A DNA stretch of 63,406 nucleotides, filler included, from Hausera hauseri (GCA_046269625.1; 11 parts of 11 records of this genome joined end to end with filler, not necessarily neighbours in it), one strand, 5' to 3'. Numbered from the whole stretch's first letter, positions 11,630 to 23,960 are shown. Numbers and translations are program-made. The notes: generated by a model not told the origin, from the sequence alone.

Positions 11630-12446
11630 TTAATTAGAAACAAATGGTGCTAACAAAAACTGATATCCAGGTCTAACCGAAAAGGCCTTACGTGTGCAAC
11701 AGTTGATAAGGTCTATCTCACCGGACCAATCTCCAGAAATCTGAAATTTCATATACAGAAACGTTCTATCATCAATACTGTATGTCTCAGGCATCGACAT
11801 ATGTAACTGCTCGATTACCGACGAGTCAGCAGTACTGACAATAGCTACGAATTCTCGCTCACAAAGAACGACCAATTTATCGTTGGAAAGATCCATGTTA
11901 CTTCGAAAGTCGGACAATGACACACAGTGACGCCATCTGTTTATCGAGAAATGGTAGACGAAAACATTCATACATCCGTTGACTTTCCCCGATAGTAACA
12001 AAAATCCATCATTATCTACTGTACAACCACCCGCTGATAAAGATAACATAGAGATGTTCGTACGACTGAACAAATCGTCCGGTAAACCACCAATGCTAAA
12101 CTTAGTCCATTCCCCATTTGACGGATCGAATTCCCAGATTTCATTTAAAGGTCGATCGAAATCGTTGATACCACCCGCAACGAAGATAGAGCTATTATGG
12201 CCAACAGCGACGGCGTCTATCATAACTCGCGGTGTTATGAACGATAGACGACGCCAAAAATTGTTTCCACTGTCATAAAATAAAATGTCCCGAGAGACTT
12301 CACAAGTAGCCTGATTATCTTCAACGGTATGACCGCCGAACAAGTACACAAAACCTTCAACACAAGCCACAGCAAAACTACTCCGATGGCATTCTAATTC
12401 CGCCATGTCTTCCCATCTTTTATCAATGAGATTGTATCTTTCGCAA
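11630..12446 (-). CDS. Kelch-repeat protein, probable terminal exon
   Basis: CERYN...W..MAEL...RSSFAVACVEGFVYLFGG; IFVAGG...IWEFDP...W. A likely splice acceptor (TTTAACAG) lies at ~12447, so the ORF-track start at 12508 is probably intronic. Confidence 0.85.
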
Positions 12447-12762
12447 CTGTTAAAAGTCAAAATCAAATTTGCGAGGAAAATTGTAGAAATAATATACAGT
12501 ACTTCCAAAAAGTAATTTCATTTTAACCGAACCCATGAAGAGTTCAATGAACTTAGTTGGCCGATTGAAGTCTACAAATCATCGTAAATACCATCCGAAA
12601 TTATATGGGAACGAATGTTACCGTCCTAGTCCTAGAAACCAATGTTGGAGACTTCTAGATGCTTAGACATAATAGTGAGTAACTAGGCAATTTGCCGAGA
12701 AACAGCCATCGTAGAAGTCCGATCAGAATAATAAGAGAGTGGTCTTATGGGATTATATACAT

Positions 12763-15679
12763 TAGGGTGGGTCACTTCTTCAACTTTTTGAAGACATCAA
12801 TTTTGGATTCGTTAAGATTTGTAGGACTTATGGTAAGAAGAAGGAACAAAAAATTTCACTTTGTTATATGATACAAAATTTTCAGGAAGCATTTCAAAAG
12901 ATAATGCGCTATAATTTGCTAAAATTCTTCATGTTCATCACCGATATCTGTCAAATTAATAAGCAGAACACAAATATTGACAAAGATAATAAAAGTTTTG
13001 ACAATTACACCAGAGAAGTAAACATTTGTAGTCTTAAACGCATGTCTAATTTCTGTTACCTAACCACAAATGTCATCAAAACTTTCAGCATAAGACCCGT
13101 TCAAAGCAAATGCGGGTCTCATATGTATTGATTTCAGTCTATAAACAATGGCAAAAGCTTCAGATGTCAGCTTTACTGCCCTCTCAACACTCTGAGAATG
13201 TGAAGGTAGATCTGGTAGGTTCAGCTCTGTGCCTTTCTCCAATACATACTGAAGATCGCTGTCGGAGAAGTGTTCAGTCAGGGCAAGTTCACTGATGCCG
13301 TCATGTGACAAATTGATCCGTTCAGACCCGTGGCTTGCTTCCGTGTTGATGGCTGTAATTTTCTTCAGTCACTGGGACACCAGCTGTGATTGAGAGAATT
13401 TTCTGCAGAGCATCCTGTCGCACTGCCAGATCGTTAGACTTCAGCATGGAGTAAAGCGTATCCTCCAGCAGCAAAGCAATGGAGTTGTGCTGCAGGTTCT
13501 TAAGAGCCACCATTTGAACATCTTCTGATTGGTTCTTGATCTTCTGGATCATGTTGTAGGTGTATTGTTGCTTGTTGCTGAACTTGTTATCCCTCTTGAT
13601 CTCAAACCAGATTACTGCATATATCTCGACTATGAATGTAACGGCGTGGTACAACTTGTCTTGCAGTTCTGGCGAACAAACGCCTCTCATCCAAGAATCA
13701 GCCATCTAGCATGACTGAGAGGTCCAATTTTTCATGCAGCAAATCTGGGGTCAACTGTGCGACTAGAAATTCCTCGAATATACTCCAAAAGAAGTCTCTG
13801 GTCTGTGCTGAGATCAACAAGAATTTCACCAGAAAACTGGACATCATCAAGTGGACCACTAATGGTTGTGATCTTGGTCTGTGGAAGATTCTGGTGATCA
13901 ATATCACATAATTTACCCAATGGGTCACCGAAGGCCGTGGGACTCTTAATGCTGTCATCAAGAAACTTAAAAACTGCTTGAAAAAGCAGTTCATTTTGAT
14001 GAAGAGAACAACCAATAGTGTGCAGTCTTCGCTTGAGATTATTTCCCACCACTGTAACAAGGCCACTTTCCCAACCAGTGTTTGTTGCTGTATTACCAAG
14101 GAGTACTGCTTTGAAATAGTTTATACTTTTGAACTCCTCCAAGACGCTCTCCACCTCAGCTCCAAAAACAGCCCTGTAGCTCCTTTTGTTGGAATGATCC
14201 TGTGAGTTAGATATGTTCCATTATCTTTTCCTGATTCTTTAGAAGAAGTCAAATGATGCTCAAGTCCCTTTCCTTTCTTCAATTTAATCTGTCCATCTTC
14301 ACTTGTAACCTCTATGTACATTAATGTATCTCTATCAATCTTTGAATCAACCCCAGTACACACTAACGGATCCATACTCTCACCTTGCTTCTTATCACTC
14401 TTCTCTTTCATTCTGTTCTTTTCTCGATCAATTTTGCATTTATCCAGGATTATATGTCCTACATCCAGACGAGGTTTGAGAAGGTCCTTAGCCTGTAAGT
14501 CGAGGAGAAATGCGTTTGCGAAGCTGGCTCCAAGACTAAAAGACACGTCATCCCTAATCAGTTCCATTGCATATCTCGGAGTTTTCAAGAAACTGTAAGC
14601 ACCACTGAGCATATTATCAGAATTGAACTCTCCATCCTCGCTGTCATTGTTGCCTGAGGACTGACTTGAAACTGACGACACAGTATAAGACGTGACCGTG
14701 GAGGGTAGGTCCTTGGCTTGCTTCTGCTTCTTCAATTTCTTGACTTCTGCTTCGACCCTTTTCATTGTCTTTACCACTTCACGGTCTACCGATCCCAACT
14801 GGAACGTACCTTTTGGTCCATGTTTTGCTCTCTTATCTCTCAAGTACTCTCTCTCCTCGAATGGAACCTTCTTACTTGGTGGGCACAAGCAGACTGTATG
14901 TTGAGTTTAATAATTTGTGATTGAGAATATCACCGATTTGTCATTACATGGTCGAATACGCAGATGGCAGGTGCACGCAGAAATGTCAAAAAGTTTACGA
15001 AGACTTTCCTCTAAATTTTGTTGCTGAACTGTTGAAAACATCTTCTAGTTGATCTTCTTCGTCTTCTGGAAACAAGCTTTACCTATCTTCTTTACAAGGT
15101 AATATTCATCACAGAGTGACAGCCGTGGGTTCACCGATCGCCAAACCTCAATAACATCCTTCGCAATTTCAAATCTGGACTACTGTTTTTAAGAAAATAG
15201 CTGTATTGAATAACTTGACGCAATGTCGGAGGCTCTGTTGTATCCAAATGGGATGGTTGTTCACAGAACTTCTTGCTACTCCCTGTTCTAGTCAATATTA
15301 TAAATTTACGCTTTTTACCCACAATAAGCTATTTCATCAACAATGTGACATCATAAAATATAACAGAAAAAAAAATTAAAAATACCAAGGAACATGAATG
15401 CTGTCTACTAACACTAAAACATTTTACAAAGTGATGATAGTTAAGGTTTATATACTTGTCATTTGCAATACATTAAAATCCTGTTGTATAATTTTTGTGG
15501 GTTTTTTCCTCTTTATTCTTGCACAAACGGAAATATGCAAAAACATACCCGAAACTGACTGGTTTTGCTGAAAAGTTTTTTCTATTTTTCAACATGCATA
15601 AGGTTTTTCTTTGTTACTAAACATAAATCTATGAATCTCAATCAGTCAAACATCACAATTACAAAATCAACCCCCTCTA
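12763..15679 (-). mobile_element. Complete hAT (hATm-type) DNA transposon with 8-bp TSD
   Basis: Ends TAGGGTGGGT.../...ACCCCCTCTA; identical flanks ATATACAT at 12755-12762 and 15680-15687. Confidence 0.9.
13060..15322 (-). pseudogene. hATm transposase, fragmented over several frames
   Basis: GVDSKID; GNTATNTGW; IGCSLHQNELLF (CxxH); (A)RWLT-like segment; LPSHSQSVERAVKLTSEA. Confidence 0.85.
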
Positions 15680-16404
15680 ATATACATGCTTGTGTACCCT
15701 AACGTCAATTGAGCCAAAAATAAAAATCCAATTTTTAGCTGCGGACTCCTATGATATATATGACAATGATGATGATGACAACAGTTCTTTTGGAAATTAT
15801 ACACTTGATAACTTAAGTCAAAGTGACTAGAAGTTCCAAATATTGGTATTTGTTGGAGGCATCTGTTGCAGGACAAGAACAGTTATTTTCTCGTAATATA
15901 TCCCATGCGATTTCGAATGTTATCGGTCACTGAGAAAGCATTGGCATGGATCAAACGTATTCACGTAGGATGTGGTCTCCTTCAGGCTCTCATCCAGTTA
16001 GAAGATCGTGTTGAACGAAGAATCTTTTGAAAGTACTAGTTTTATGTGTTCTTAACACATTCCTTTGTTAAAATCAGACATTTACTAAAGATACTTACTA
16101 AGAGGATTTTAAACACTAACAATTGTAATAACCCATGCAATCAATGAGAAAGTCAGTATACGAAGTCAAGGAACTCAGTACGTTTCAGCAATACAAGATG
16201 GGTAAAGTCCACAAAAATAATTATCGATCAACGACTTTTCGATTAACTATACAATTTTCGAATTCCGGAGAATAAGTAACTTGTGAAAATTTGTCCTGGT
16301 ACTAAAATTCCTAATTAATAACTTGGATATTGATGTTTTCAAGCCTATACTTCTTTAAATGTGATAATTTTCTGCTTACATGAAAACACTGCATTTAAGA
16401 TTAT

Positions 16405-16582
16405 TGTAAGGTAGTTTAGGCTCAAGGGTCAGAGGTGAGCAGAAAATCAGGACCAGCCACTGCTTCAGTTTCTTCCAAATACTTTTTTATTCAGTCTCTT
16501 CTCAGACTTCTCTTCCTGCATCCAAAAACTCACTGTTTTTATACAAAATGGGCACCATACCTGTGCTTGATTGGACACAGCC
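16405..16582 (-). repeat. Probable LTR 3' end at the contig edge
   Basis: Starts TGTAAG on + (…CTTACA end on -); AATAAA and TATA-like motifs on the - strand; abrupt change in composition. Confidence 0.4.
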
Positions 16583-16682
16583 NNNNNNNNNNNNNNNNNN
16601 NNNNNNNNNNNNNNNNNNNNNNNNNNTTAATTAATTAANNNNNNNNNNNNNNNNNNNNNNNNNNNNNNNNNNNNNNNNNNNN
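16583..16682. other. Artificial contig spacer
   Basis: N44-TTAATTAATTAA-N44. Confidence 0.99.
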
Positions 16683-16871
16683 CCAGAAAGTGAACGCAAC
16701 ATTGCAAGTGGTTTTCCGAAATTTTATCAACTAAGAAAATTGGGTTCAATTTTGTCCAACGATACCTTAATAATCAAATTTGATTTGTTTCCACCAGAAA
16801 AACCATTAAACAAGCCAAACTTACAAAATGAAGAAAAAAAACACCTACAATGTGACTCAACAATTGACTGA
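16683..16871 (+). CDS. C-terminus of a TRAF-type MATH domain protein (5' truncated)
   Basis: Manual translation PESERNIASGFPKFYQL...LSNDTLIIKFDL resembles TRAF-C RP...MNIASGCPLF...DDTIFIK; AATAAA at ~16921. Confidence 0.7.
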   Translation, partial: PESERNIASGFPKFYQLRKLGSILSNDTLIIKFDLFPPEKPLNKPNLQNEEKKHLQCDSTID

Positions 16872-16994
16872 TTTGCTCAGAAAAGACAAACAGGTTATTT
16901 TGGCAGTGACTGAAATTACAAATAAATACCAGTTGTAAATGTCGTTTTAATAAATATTTAGTGTTTTGTTCTTTTATTTAACATATTAGGTTTT

Positions 16995-17252
16995 TTATTC
17001 ATAGTAAATACGTATAATTTCATTAATGTTACTTTTACATACTGGACAATAACTTAACTTTGAACATATCTGACATAAAACTAGATGACCATACGTTAGG
17101 ACAACAGTATCCACTTTATTTTCTACACATAGTACACATATGAACATTGATTCAATTGTTTTCTTTTGTATGTTCTTTAATTGTACATACAACTTTTCAA
17201 CAGTACCGAAATAATCTACGGCAGAAAAAGCATTAACATTTGCTTCAGACAT
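16995..17252 (-). CDS. Small IAP/MDM2-type C3HC4 RING protein (one Cys ligand replaced by Tyr)
   Basis: CVLCVENKVDTVVLTYGHLVLCQICSKLSYCPVCKSNINEIIRIY; TATA ~30 nt upstream; intronless. Confidence 0.8.
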   Translation of the reverse strand: MSEANVNAFSAVDYFGTVEKLYVQLKNIQKKTIESMFICVLCVENKVDTVVLTYGHLVLCQICSKLSYCPVCKSNINEIIRIYYE

Positions 17253-18560
17253 TTTTCACACCTATATTAAAAAAACACCAAATATATATATACCAAAATT
17301 TAAACAAAATGGGGTGGGAATAGTGAAACCACGATAAGCACAGAAAATGCTTTATTCACTGCTAAAATTAAAACGAAATTTTTGGCGCAAAATTCACATT
17401 TTTTATACCGGCCGAATCCACACAGTACGCGTGATTGTGTGTATCACTTTCATGACTGTTTGTATCCTATCTACACCCTATTAAACGGGTATGTAAGTAT
17501 CAGTTTTTCTACCCCATGACTCATCTCCGAACCACTTCGTTTAACCTTCCATGGGGGTTCCATGCTAAAGATGCCACATCTACCTACTACTGGCCGTTTT
17601 GCAGCCTATTCCGGAAGCTGTGTACAATAACTGTTTTGATCGAATTACATTTCTCAAAATTGATTATGTCCACAGCTCGCAAAATTTATTATATCCCTGA
17701 AATAAATCTGAAAATTGAAAACAAACACCTCGGCAAATAATCTCCACAGAACAAACAATTATTATCACACTGAACAAACGTGATAGTTATTCTAAATTGC
17801 TTTGTACATAATTTTTATGGACATAGTGATATTATGTTATTAACTGTATACACAAAACGTGTTGCAAATCTACTATATAAACTAGAACATTCTATGGTGA
17901 AATGAAATATTCGAATATTCTTGTGACATCGAGTACCACTTTTATGTCTATAAATGAGTGATCATTGTTATTTACATTTATTCGTTATATGTATCGTTGC
18001 TTTATTGAATATGTAATATTTCAATTTTTCGATATTATATTTTTCTTATATGATTATATTCGTATTATTTTCATATTCGTATTATTCGTCTGAGAAAGTA
18101 ACTTCAGTAAATAAGTAAGCGTACTAAAACGCTGTCGACCAGGTCCCTACCTGACGACGGCCCAAGTATCATAAGTAACCTAATAGGACAATAAACAATA
18201 GAAAGTAAAGATATAGTAACTTGTAAAGTAACCTTTTGTTCACAGTAGTACAGTATCCAGACAATTGCACTTGTTATTTAAGTCAATATAAATAGATGAT
18301 ATAATTATTTACTTTCAATGAAAAAGATATCATTTCTCTTCAGCTTTCATGCTATATTGTATTAATCACGTTAAACATAAATGAAACATTTTACGTTTAA
18401 ATATTGATTTGATGTTTTTTACAATAATTTCAAAATGTTGTATTTTCAAGATTAACAAACTTTCATTTATTAAACATGGATTACATCAACTCTCTTACGT
18501 ATGATTAATTTGTATATTACAGATATTTAAATTAAAATCAAAAATCAATACTGATTTATT

Positions 18561-20825
18561 TCAAAGATAACTGTTTAAATATTGATTGTACAGATTGTTA
18601 ATATCAGATACTGATTTAGCTGGTACATCCAATTTTTTCACAACACTTACAAAATTTTGACGAACTTGAGGAGAATTAATCGAAGAAATATCAATATCTT
18701 GCTTCGAGCTTGCATTACTTTGACAATTTTTATATTTCTCAGTTATGTAGTTACGTCTTGAGTTACTCATTTGGATAAAAAAGTCATTTGGCAAGAAACA
18801 CGGTAAAGACGTCAACGCTTGTTGTACAGTACCATCAATAGGATATCCCCAAAAGTCAAAAATGGGTATAAGATTTTGTCCAGTGATTAAACTAGTTATG
18901 TTCATCCAAGTTGCCAACTTTGAATTATCGTTTTGTGGATTTATTTTGTTGTCAACATAAAATTTAAATACTTTATTATAGAATCCCCAACCAAAGTGAT
19001 TTGCAAGTTGAGCATAAATCATGAGAGCTGTGAATGCTTGACCTTTCCAGTCTTTAAATGGACACCCTCTATCCAAGTATGCCTTAACTTCTTTTATATC
19101 AGTATTCTGCAGATTACTTCCTTTGTACGGTAATTTCCAAAGTTTGTCGTAATTATACAGACATAACAAATTATTTGTTACTTCACCAGTCCCATCATAC
19201 GTCCATGCGCCTTCTTGCATATTATGTCCAATTTCATGGCACATTCCCCAACTTCCTTCTGACCGAATTTTTGTCAAATTAAAAATACCACCATGCCAAT
19301 CTGGAAAAACCATTATTGGATATCCACTATGTCCAGATCCAACTGAGATTTGAACATCAAGTACGACAATTTCAGGCCGTTTTATTTTCCAATCAACATT
19401 TTTCATGAAGTAATCCATTCGCACTAATTTATCCCAATTATTTGATGTTAAATCTTGTACGTATTCTTTGGTGAATTCTCTGACATATTCTGACTTTTCA
19501 CAAATAACCAAATTATCCCCAGCTATAATTGACCACAAACCTTCATTATACTTATTATTATCCCATTGCGATACTGATGTTGGATCTCGAATATTAAAGA
19601 AAGGTGTTGCAACGACATTCGAAAAAGATATTGTAAGTTTGTCGTTTACCTTTCCGTTAGTTAACCATATTACCCCACCAAAACCAGAAAATATTTCACC
19701 CTCATTGTCAAGACTTCTTTCAGAAAGGTGAATGTATGGATAACGGTACCAATATTTCCTCGCATCGCCCAATTCATCAGTATGGCAACCGACGGATATT
19801 CTCCAATTTCCCGTATTCTGATGAATTTTGTATCTCAATGTATCACCAGCTTTTAAATAATATCCTGTTGGATTTTTGGTATTTTCAGTGATGCCTGAAA
19901 GACTAAGAGTAACAATTGTTTTATTTGGGGGTCGCTCAAAATCTGTTGGGAATACATCAGAACAAGGCGGTTTGTAATTTGAGTTTGCAAGAAGTTGGCT
20001 ATTAGCAAGTCGGCCGAAAATTGATGCAACCAATCTGTCATTGGGGTCAGATACGGAATTTGCTATACAAGGACAAATATATTGAAGTAATTTGTCGTAT
20101 TTCTTTAACAATGGTTGGATAATTTTGCCCAGTGATGATTTCGTTAAAAATGTATTGGAAAAGGTATCTAATTGCTTGGCAACAATTAAACCATATTTCA
20201 ACAGATAATCATGATTTTTTGCTATCCTTTCAAACTTCCCACCGATATCGAGTATGTCCTCATTAATGTTGCTCGGTGACAACGTAAATTTAACTGGTGA
20301 CCAGTTCATTATTGACGAACCCCAGTCTACTCCGAAAAGACTTAATATTTTTAAATAAGCTTCTCTTGCTGGGCCTTGTTGTGTATACCAGAAGGTATTG
20401 GTGAACAATATTGAAATGGAATTATTATACAGCATTGCAGTCATAGCATCTATTACAGAAGGATCATAGGCAAAACCAACATCGTAATCCAATATGTTTC
20501 CTTGTTTCAGTCGTGCATTTAGATCCGCAACAGTTTTGATATTTCGTCCACTCACAATTAATGGATTGTCCACACCTGACATCCATTTCAGAATGTTCTT
20601 TCTTATAGAACTATTAGACGATAAGGAGTTTAACATGTTTTGTTTTCCGAACACTCCAATACGTCCCTTTTTGTCATTTGTTTGACAAAGAACACCATAT
20701 ATATTGCCTTTGATATTTGGGTCCCAGATGACGGGTTGACAATTTTTGTTAAGAAATATAATTTCATTCGAGTATGTATCTGGCGAAATTGTTTCTGACT
20801 CTCGAATGATTTCTTTGGCGATTGT
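18561..20825 (-). CDS. M60-like zinc metallopeptidase (TCAF/FAM115/enhancin-like), long intact exon
   Basis: PTGYYLKAG; VGCHTDEL; DVQISVGSGHSGYP; WGMCHEIGHNMQ...GTGEVTNN (HExxH...E). The frame stays open upstream of 20654 to a splice acceptor TTTCCAG at 20826. Confidence 0.93.
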   Translation of the reverse strand, partial: TIAKEIIRESETISPDTYSNEIIFLNKNCQPVIWDPNIKGNIYGVLCQTNDKKGRIGVFGKQNMLNSLSSNSSIRKNILKWMSGVDNPLIVSGRNIKTVADLNARLKQGNILDYDVGFAYDPSVIDAMTAMLYNNSISILFTNTFWYTQQGPAREAYLKILSLFGVDWGSSIMNWSPVKFTLSPSNINEDILDIGGKFERIAKNHDYLLKYGLIVAKQLDTFSNTFLTKSSLGKIIQPLLKKYDKLLQYICPCIANSVSDPNDRLVASIFGRLANSQLLANSNYKPPCSDVFPTDFERPPNKTIVTLSLSGITENTKNPTGYYLKAGDTLRYKIHQNTGNWRISVGCHTDELGDARKYWYRYPYIHLSERSLDNEGEIFSGFGGVIWLTNGKVNDKLTISFSNVVATPFFNIRDPTSVSQWDNNKYNEGLWSIIAGDNLVICEKSEYVREFTKEYVQDLTSNNWDKLVRMDYFMKNVDWKIKRPEIVVLDVQISVGSGHSGYPIMVFPDWHGGIFNLTKIRSEGSWGMCHEIGHNMQEGAWTYDGTGEVTNNLLCLYNYDKLWKLPYKGSNLQNTDIKEVKAYLDRGCPFKDWKGQAFTALMIYAQLANHFGWGFYNKVFKFYVDNKINPQNDNSKLATWMNITSLITGQNLIPIFDFWGYPIDGTVQQALTSLPCFLPNDFFIQMSNSRRNYITEKYKNCQSNASSKQDIDISSINSPQVRQNFVSVVKKLDVPAKSVSDINNLYNQYLNSYL

Positions 20826-22136
20826 CTGGAAATAGAATGAACTTTTGTTAATTAGTTAAAATATTGTGGAAAATATTAAATAACTAATAAATAATTAAAT
20901 TAAAATATTGTCGGCTTTTAAATTCAGATTATTTGCTCCAATATTCGTAAGGATTTTGAGTTTCGATAAAATGTTTCATTGGTCATGTGACGTGTTAAAT
21001 AAATTTATTTTAGTATTGTTGGACGGTCAACGTATTTTACAGCTTCTTTATTTAAGGATTATTTTAATTTATTGAATCTTTTATAAGATAAAATAACTGT
21101 TACAGAAGTATACCGCGTTTTGTAAATTGTGTTATGGTTATTTAATACTATAAAAGAAAATTATTTTATGACCTTATTGTTAACAGTAACCAAAACGGCA
21201 ATCAATTGACCTTTGGCAATTAATAACACATGACATAAAATGACAAATAATTTCCTTTGATTGACAAATAATTGAGTGGTCTGTCGAACTATTTGTTTCT
21301 GTGACAATAATATTCTTTCCGTACTATTCGTGTCGACTGNNNNNNNNNNAACAAGTGATCTTTTCATATTATTCCCCAGAATATTTTATATCGATAGAAG
21401 GACTATATAAACGTTTGATTTTCCTGGATACATTTTCTGCATATAACAGTGTTATTCTATGACAACTGTGCGTACCTTTTTAGTTTCTTTGAATAGACAA
21501 TTTGATATTTTCTATAATCATTAAACATTTGTATTTTTGAGTATGTGTTGATTCATTAATTAAGTTTTCTATGTGAATTTTATAAATACGTGTCGATTAA
21601 TTAACCTTTTCCTTAAAAGGGTATAATTAAGAGTTTTAAAATTTCTTTTCCCTTTTGGTATCCTGGTCATATAAAACCGAAAGTATAAAATTCTTAAATA
21701 GGGGTAGCGACGCTATTGTACCTCCTAGTGATCGCGACTCACTAAGGTCAGCTAAATATCACCAAGCTGACCCCACAGGCTGTTTCAAGACTATATAAAA
21801 CTCAAAGTCTAGAGGGAAGGAGAAACCTCACACTACGATTAATTAAGAGTACAAGTTTGAGGTTGCGAATCCAAACTTACTTTCGAACCCGCAAACTTAT
21901 CGTTATTATTAAAATTAATATTATTTTCCTTCTCGTCACCTCAAATCAAAAATCACTTTTGTTCTGAAATGGAATCTTAAAAGCATAATATTATATTATG
22001 TTTTTAAGGAGAGTCGGAAAAGTCAACTAGTTCGACATATCAAGGTGATCCAACTTAAGTATGAATACCAGTCACCTAGTTCACAGAAAAGAGACGAAGG
22101 AGAACAGATTTAGATACTAGTAGTAACAATCAGAAC

Positions 22137-22236
22137 NNNNNNNNNNNNNNNNNNNNNNNNNNNNNNNNNNNNNNNNNNNNTTAATTAATTAANNNNNNNN
22201 NNNNNNNNNNNNNNNNNNNNNNNNNNNNNNNNNNNN
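22137..22236. other. Artificial contig spacer
   Basis: N44-TTAATTAATTAA-N44. Confidence 0.99.
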
Positions 22237-22428
22237 TTTCTGTTTTAATAAATTTTCCTCAAGTTGTGTAATATGATCTGGTTCTAAGGAACCGTGTTCT
22301 GGAAATCCGAATTTGTGATGCCACTGGTTCACAAAACTGACACAGAAATCACCATGTAATCTTCTCATTTTATCAGCAATCGGACCACGCGGTATATATT
22401 TTAATTCTGAGCTGTTATTTGCTCCCAT
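22237..22428 (-). CDS. gag: ERV Gag matrix N-terminus (truncated by contig end)
   Basis: MGANNSS myristoylation signal; QWHHKFGFPEHGSL resembles class I MA W....WP..GS; lies downstream of the PBS. Confidence 0.8.
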
Positions 22429-22486
22429 CTTTTTTTGTTTTTCGTTTTTTCTACACGTTTCTAAAATCACGATTTTATGTAAAATA

Positions 22487-23066
22487 AAATATAATCCTCA
22501 GTCCTCTTTAGTCAAGACGAACCTACGTTAAATATAATCCTCAGTTCTCTTTAGTCAAGACGAACCTACAACTCAGTCTGTTATTTAAAACGGACCTACA
22601 ACTCAGCTGCTCTGTGAGCAAGCCTACCTCGGCGCGTCGTGAACGAGCTTACACCACCTCCTCATGAACGCGCTTACACTCAGCTGTCTCGTGGACAAGC
22701 TTACACTCAGTTTGTTATTATAAACAAACCTACAACTCAGCTTGTTATTATAAACAAACCTACACTCAGCTGCGCTCGTGAGCGAGCCTACAATTTGTCA
22801 GAACGCCGCTGACGTAACTCAGTTTTCCTGTTGAAAACCTACCTCGGTCCTTACTGTAAATTTCAGGACTTACAATTTTTCTCAGTTTCCTATTGAAACC
22901 TACCTCGGCTCTTACTCTAAGTTTCAGAGCTTACAATTTTTCTCAGTTTCCTATTGAAACCTACCTCGGCTCTTACTCTAAATTTCAGAGCTTACAATTT
23001 TCCTCGGTTTTCCTATTGAAAACTTACTCTCGGCTCTTACTGTAAATTTCAGAGCTTACAATTTTT
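22487..23066. repeat. Tandem repeats in the ERV 5' leader
   Basis: ~42-bp unit x2, ~31-bp unit x2, and ~62-bp unit x4 (CTCAGTTTCCTATTGAAACCTACCTCGGCTCTTACTCTAAATTTCAGAGCTTACAATTTTT). Confidence 0.9.
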
Positions 23067-23278
23067 CTTTTATAAAACGAAAGTGAATTTTCTGTACCTG
23101 ACAATCGGGTGTTTTCTGTTTCCTGGTTCGGATCCGTGTGGAGTCGGTCCCCGGCCGGTGAATCAGGACGCCCTCCCGTCTCCTGAAGTCACAGCGGAGG
23201 ATGGAGGAGGAAAAAACTGTTTCTCCTGGTGATCAGCCAACGCCCCGACCCCCCGTCCCTCGGACGAACTCTCAACGG

Positions 23279-23296
23279 ATCCCACTTCTGACACCA
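23279..23296 (-). promoter_or_regulatory. Primer-binding site, tRNA-Leu
   Basis: TGGTGTCAGAAGTGGGAT on -, complementary to the tRNA-Leu(CAA) 3' end, 4 nt from the LTR end. Confidence 0.92.
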
Positions 23297-23300
23297 ATTT

Positions 23301-23960
23301 TGAAAGAAGTTTAAAGCTTATAAATCATTAAGTTTAACTTCTTAAAAGGAATCAGAAAACATCCTTTAAATACAAGTGTCAGGTTTATTTTTCTTTGCAA
23401 AGAGAGACCTTGTTCCTGCACAGACCACGAAGCTCTGAGAACATCAGAAGATAAGTCCGAGCAGGAAGAGAAAAGTCTAAAAAAAACATGTCAGGTGGAT
23501 ACTTTTATACATTTTACGCACAAACATGTTCGTGTATGAACTTCATAAATCATTATTACATTTGGCACAGAAGGCGTGTTTTTCTCATCAAATGGTCTTT
23601 GAACTTTAAAACAGTTTGAACTTGTCAGCATATTTTATCTGTAATTGGAACATTTTGATATTTTAATGACCATTTCTTTATCTCTGCAGCTGTGGTGTTA
23701 GGCAGTTCTTGGTTCGGTTTGCAGGTGTTTCCAGTCCTGTGAGCAAGCTTGTGCTGGGACGACATGGTACAGATTGGACCTTGAAACTTCAACATGCAGT
23801 ACAATAAGATTGATAATAAAATATCAGAGTACAATCTTGTTTCTTCTAAATGAAACATCAGAGTGCAGATTTGTTTTTTCAACGTGCAGTATAACAGATA
23901 TAAGTTCTGTAAGTGCAATACATCAGATATAAAATAGTGCAGTATAAAATATAATTCACA
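23301..23960 (-). repeat. ERV LTR (~660 bp)
   Basis: TG...CA ends (TGTGAA.../...CTTTCA on -); TATAAAA (~23505) and AATAAA (~23385) on -; PPT AAACGAAAGGGGGAAAT at 23961-23977. Confidence 0.88.

Noticed and set aside
18120-18170. Possible hammerhead ribozyme (CTGACGA near AAACGCTGTC)
   Set aside because: No intact GAAA core or closing stems could be built; at most a Penelope-like remnant.
21765-21900. Short hairpins (GGTCAGCT...AGCTGACC; AAGTTTG...CAAACTT)
   Set aside because: Isolated, with no second copy or context to support a function.
22818-23066. CRISPR-like appearance of regular repeats (also 52511-52762)
   Set aside because: Units are head-to-tail with no unique spacers, there are no cas genes, and the context is eukaryotic.
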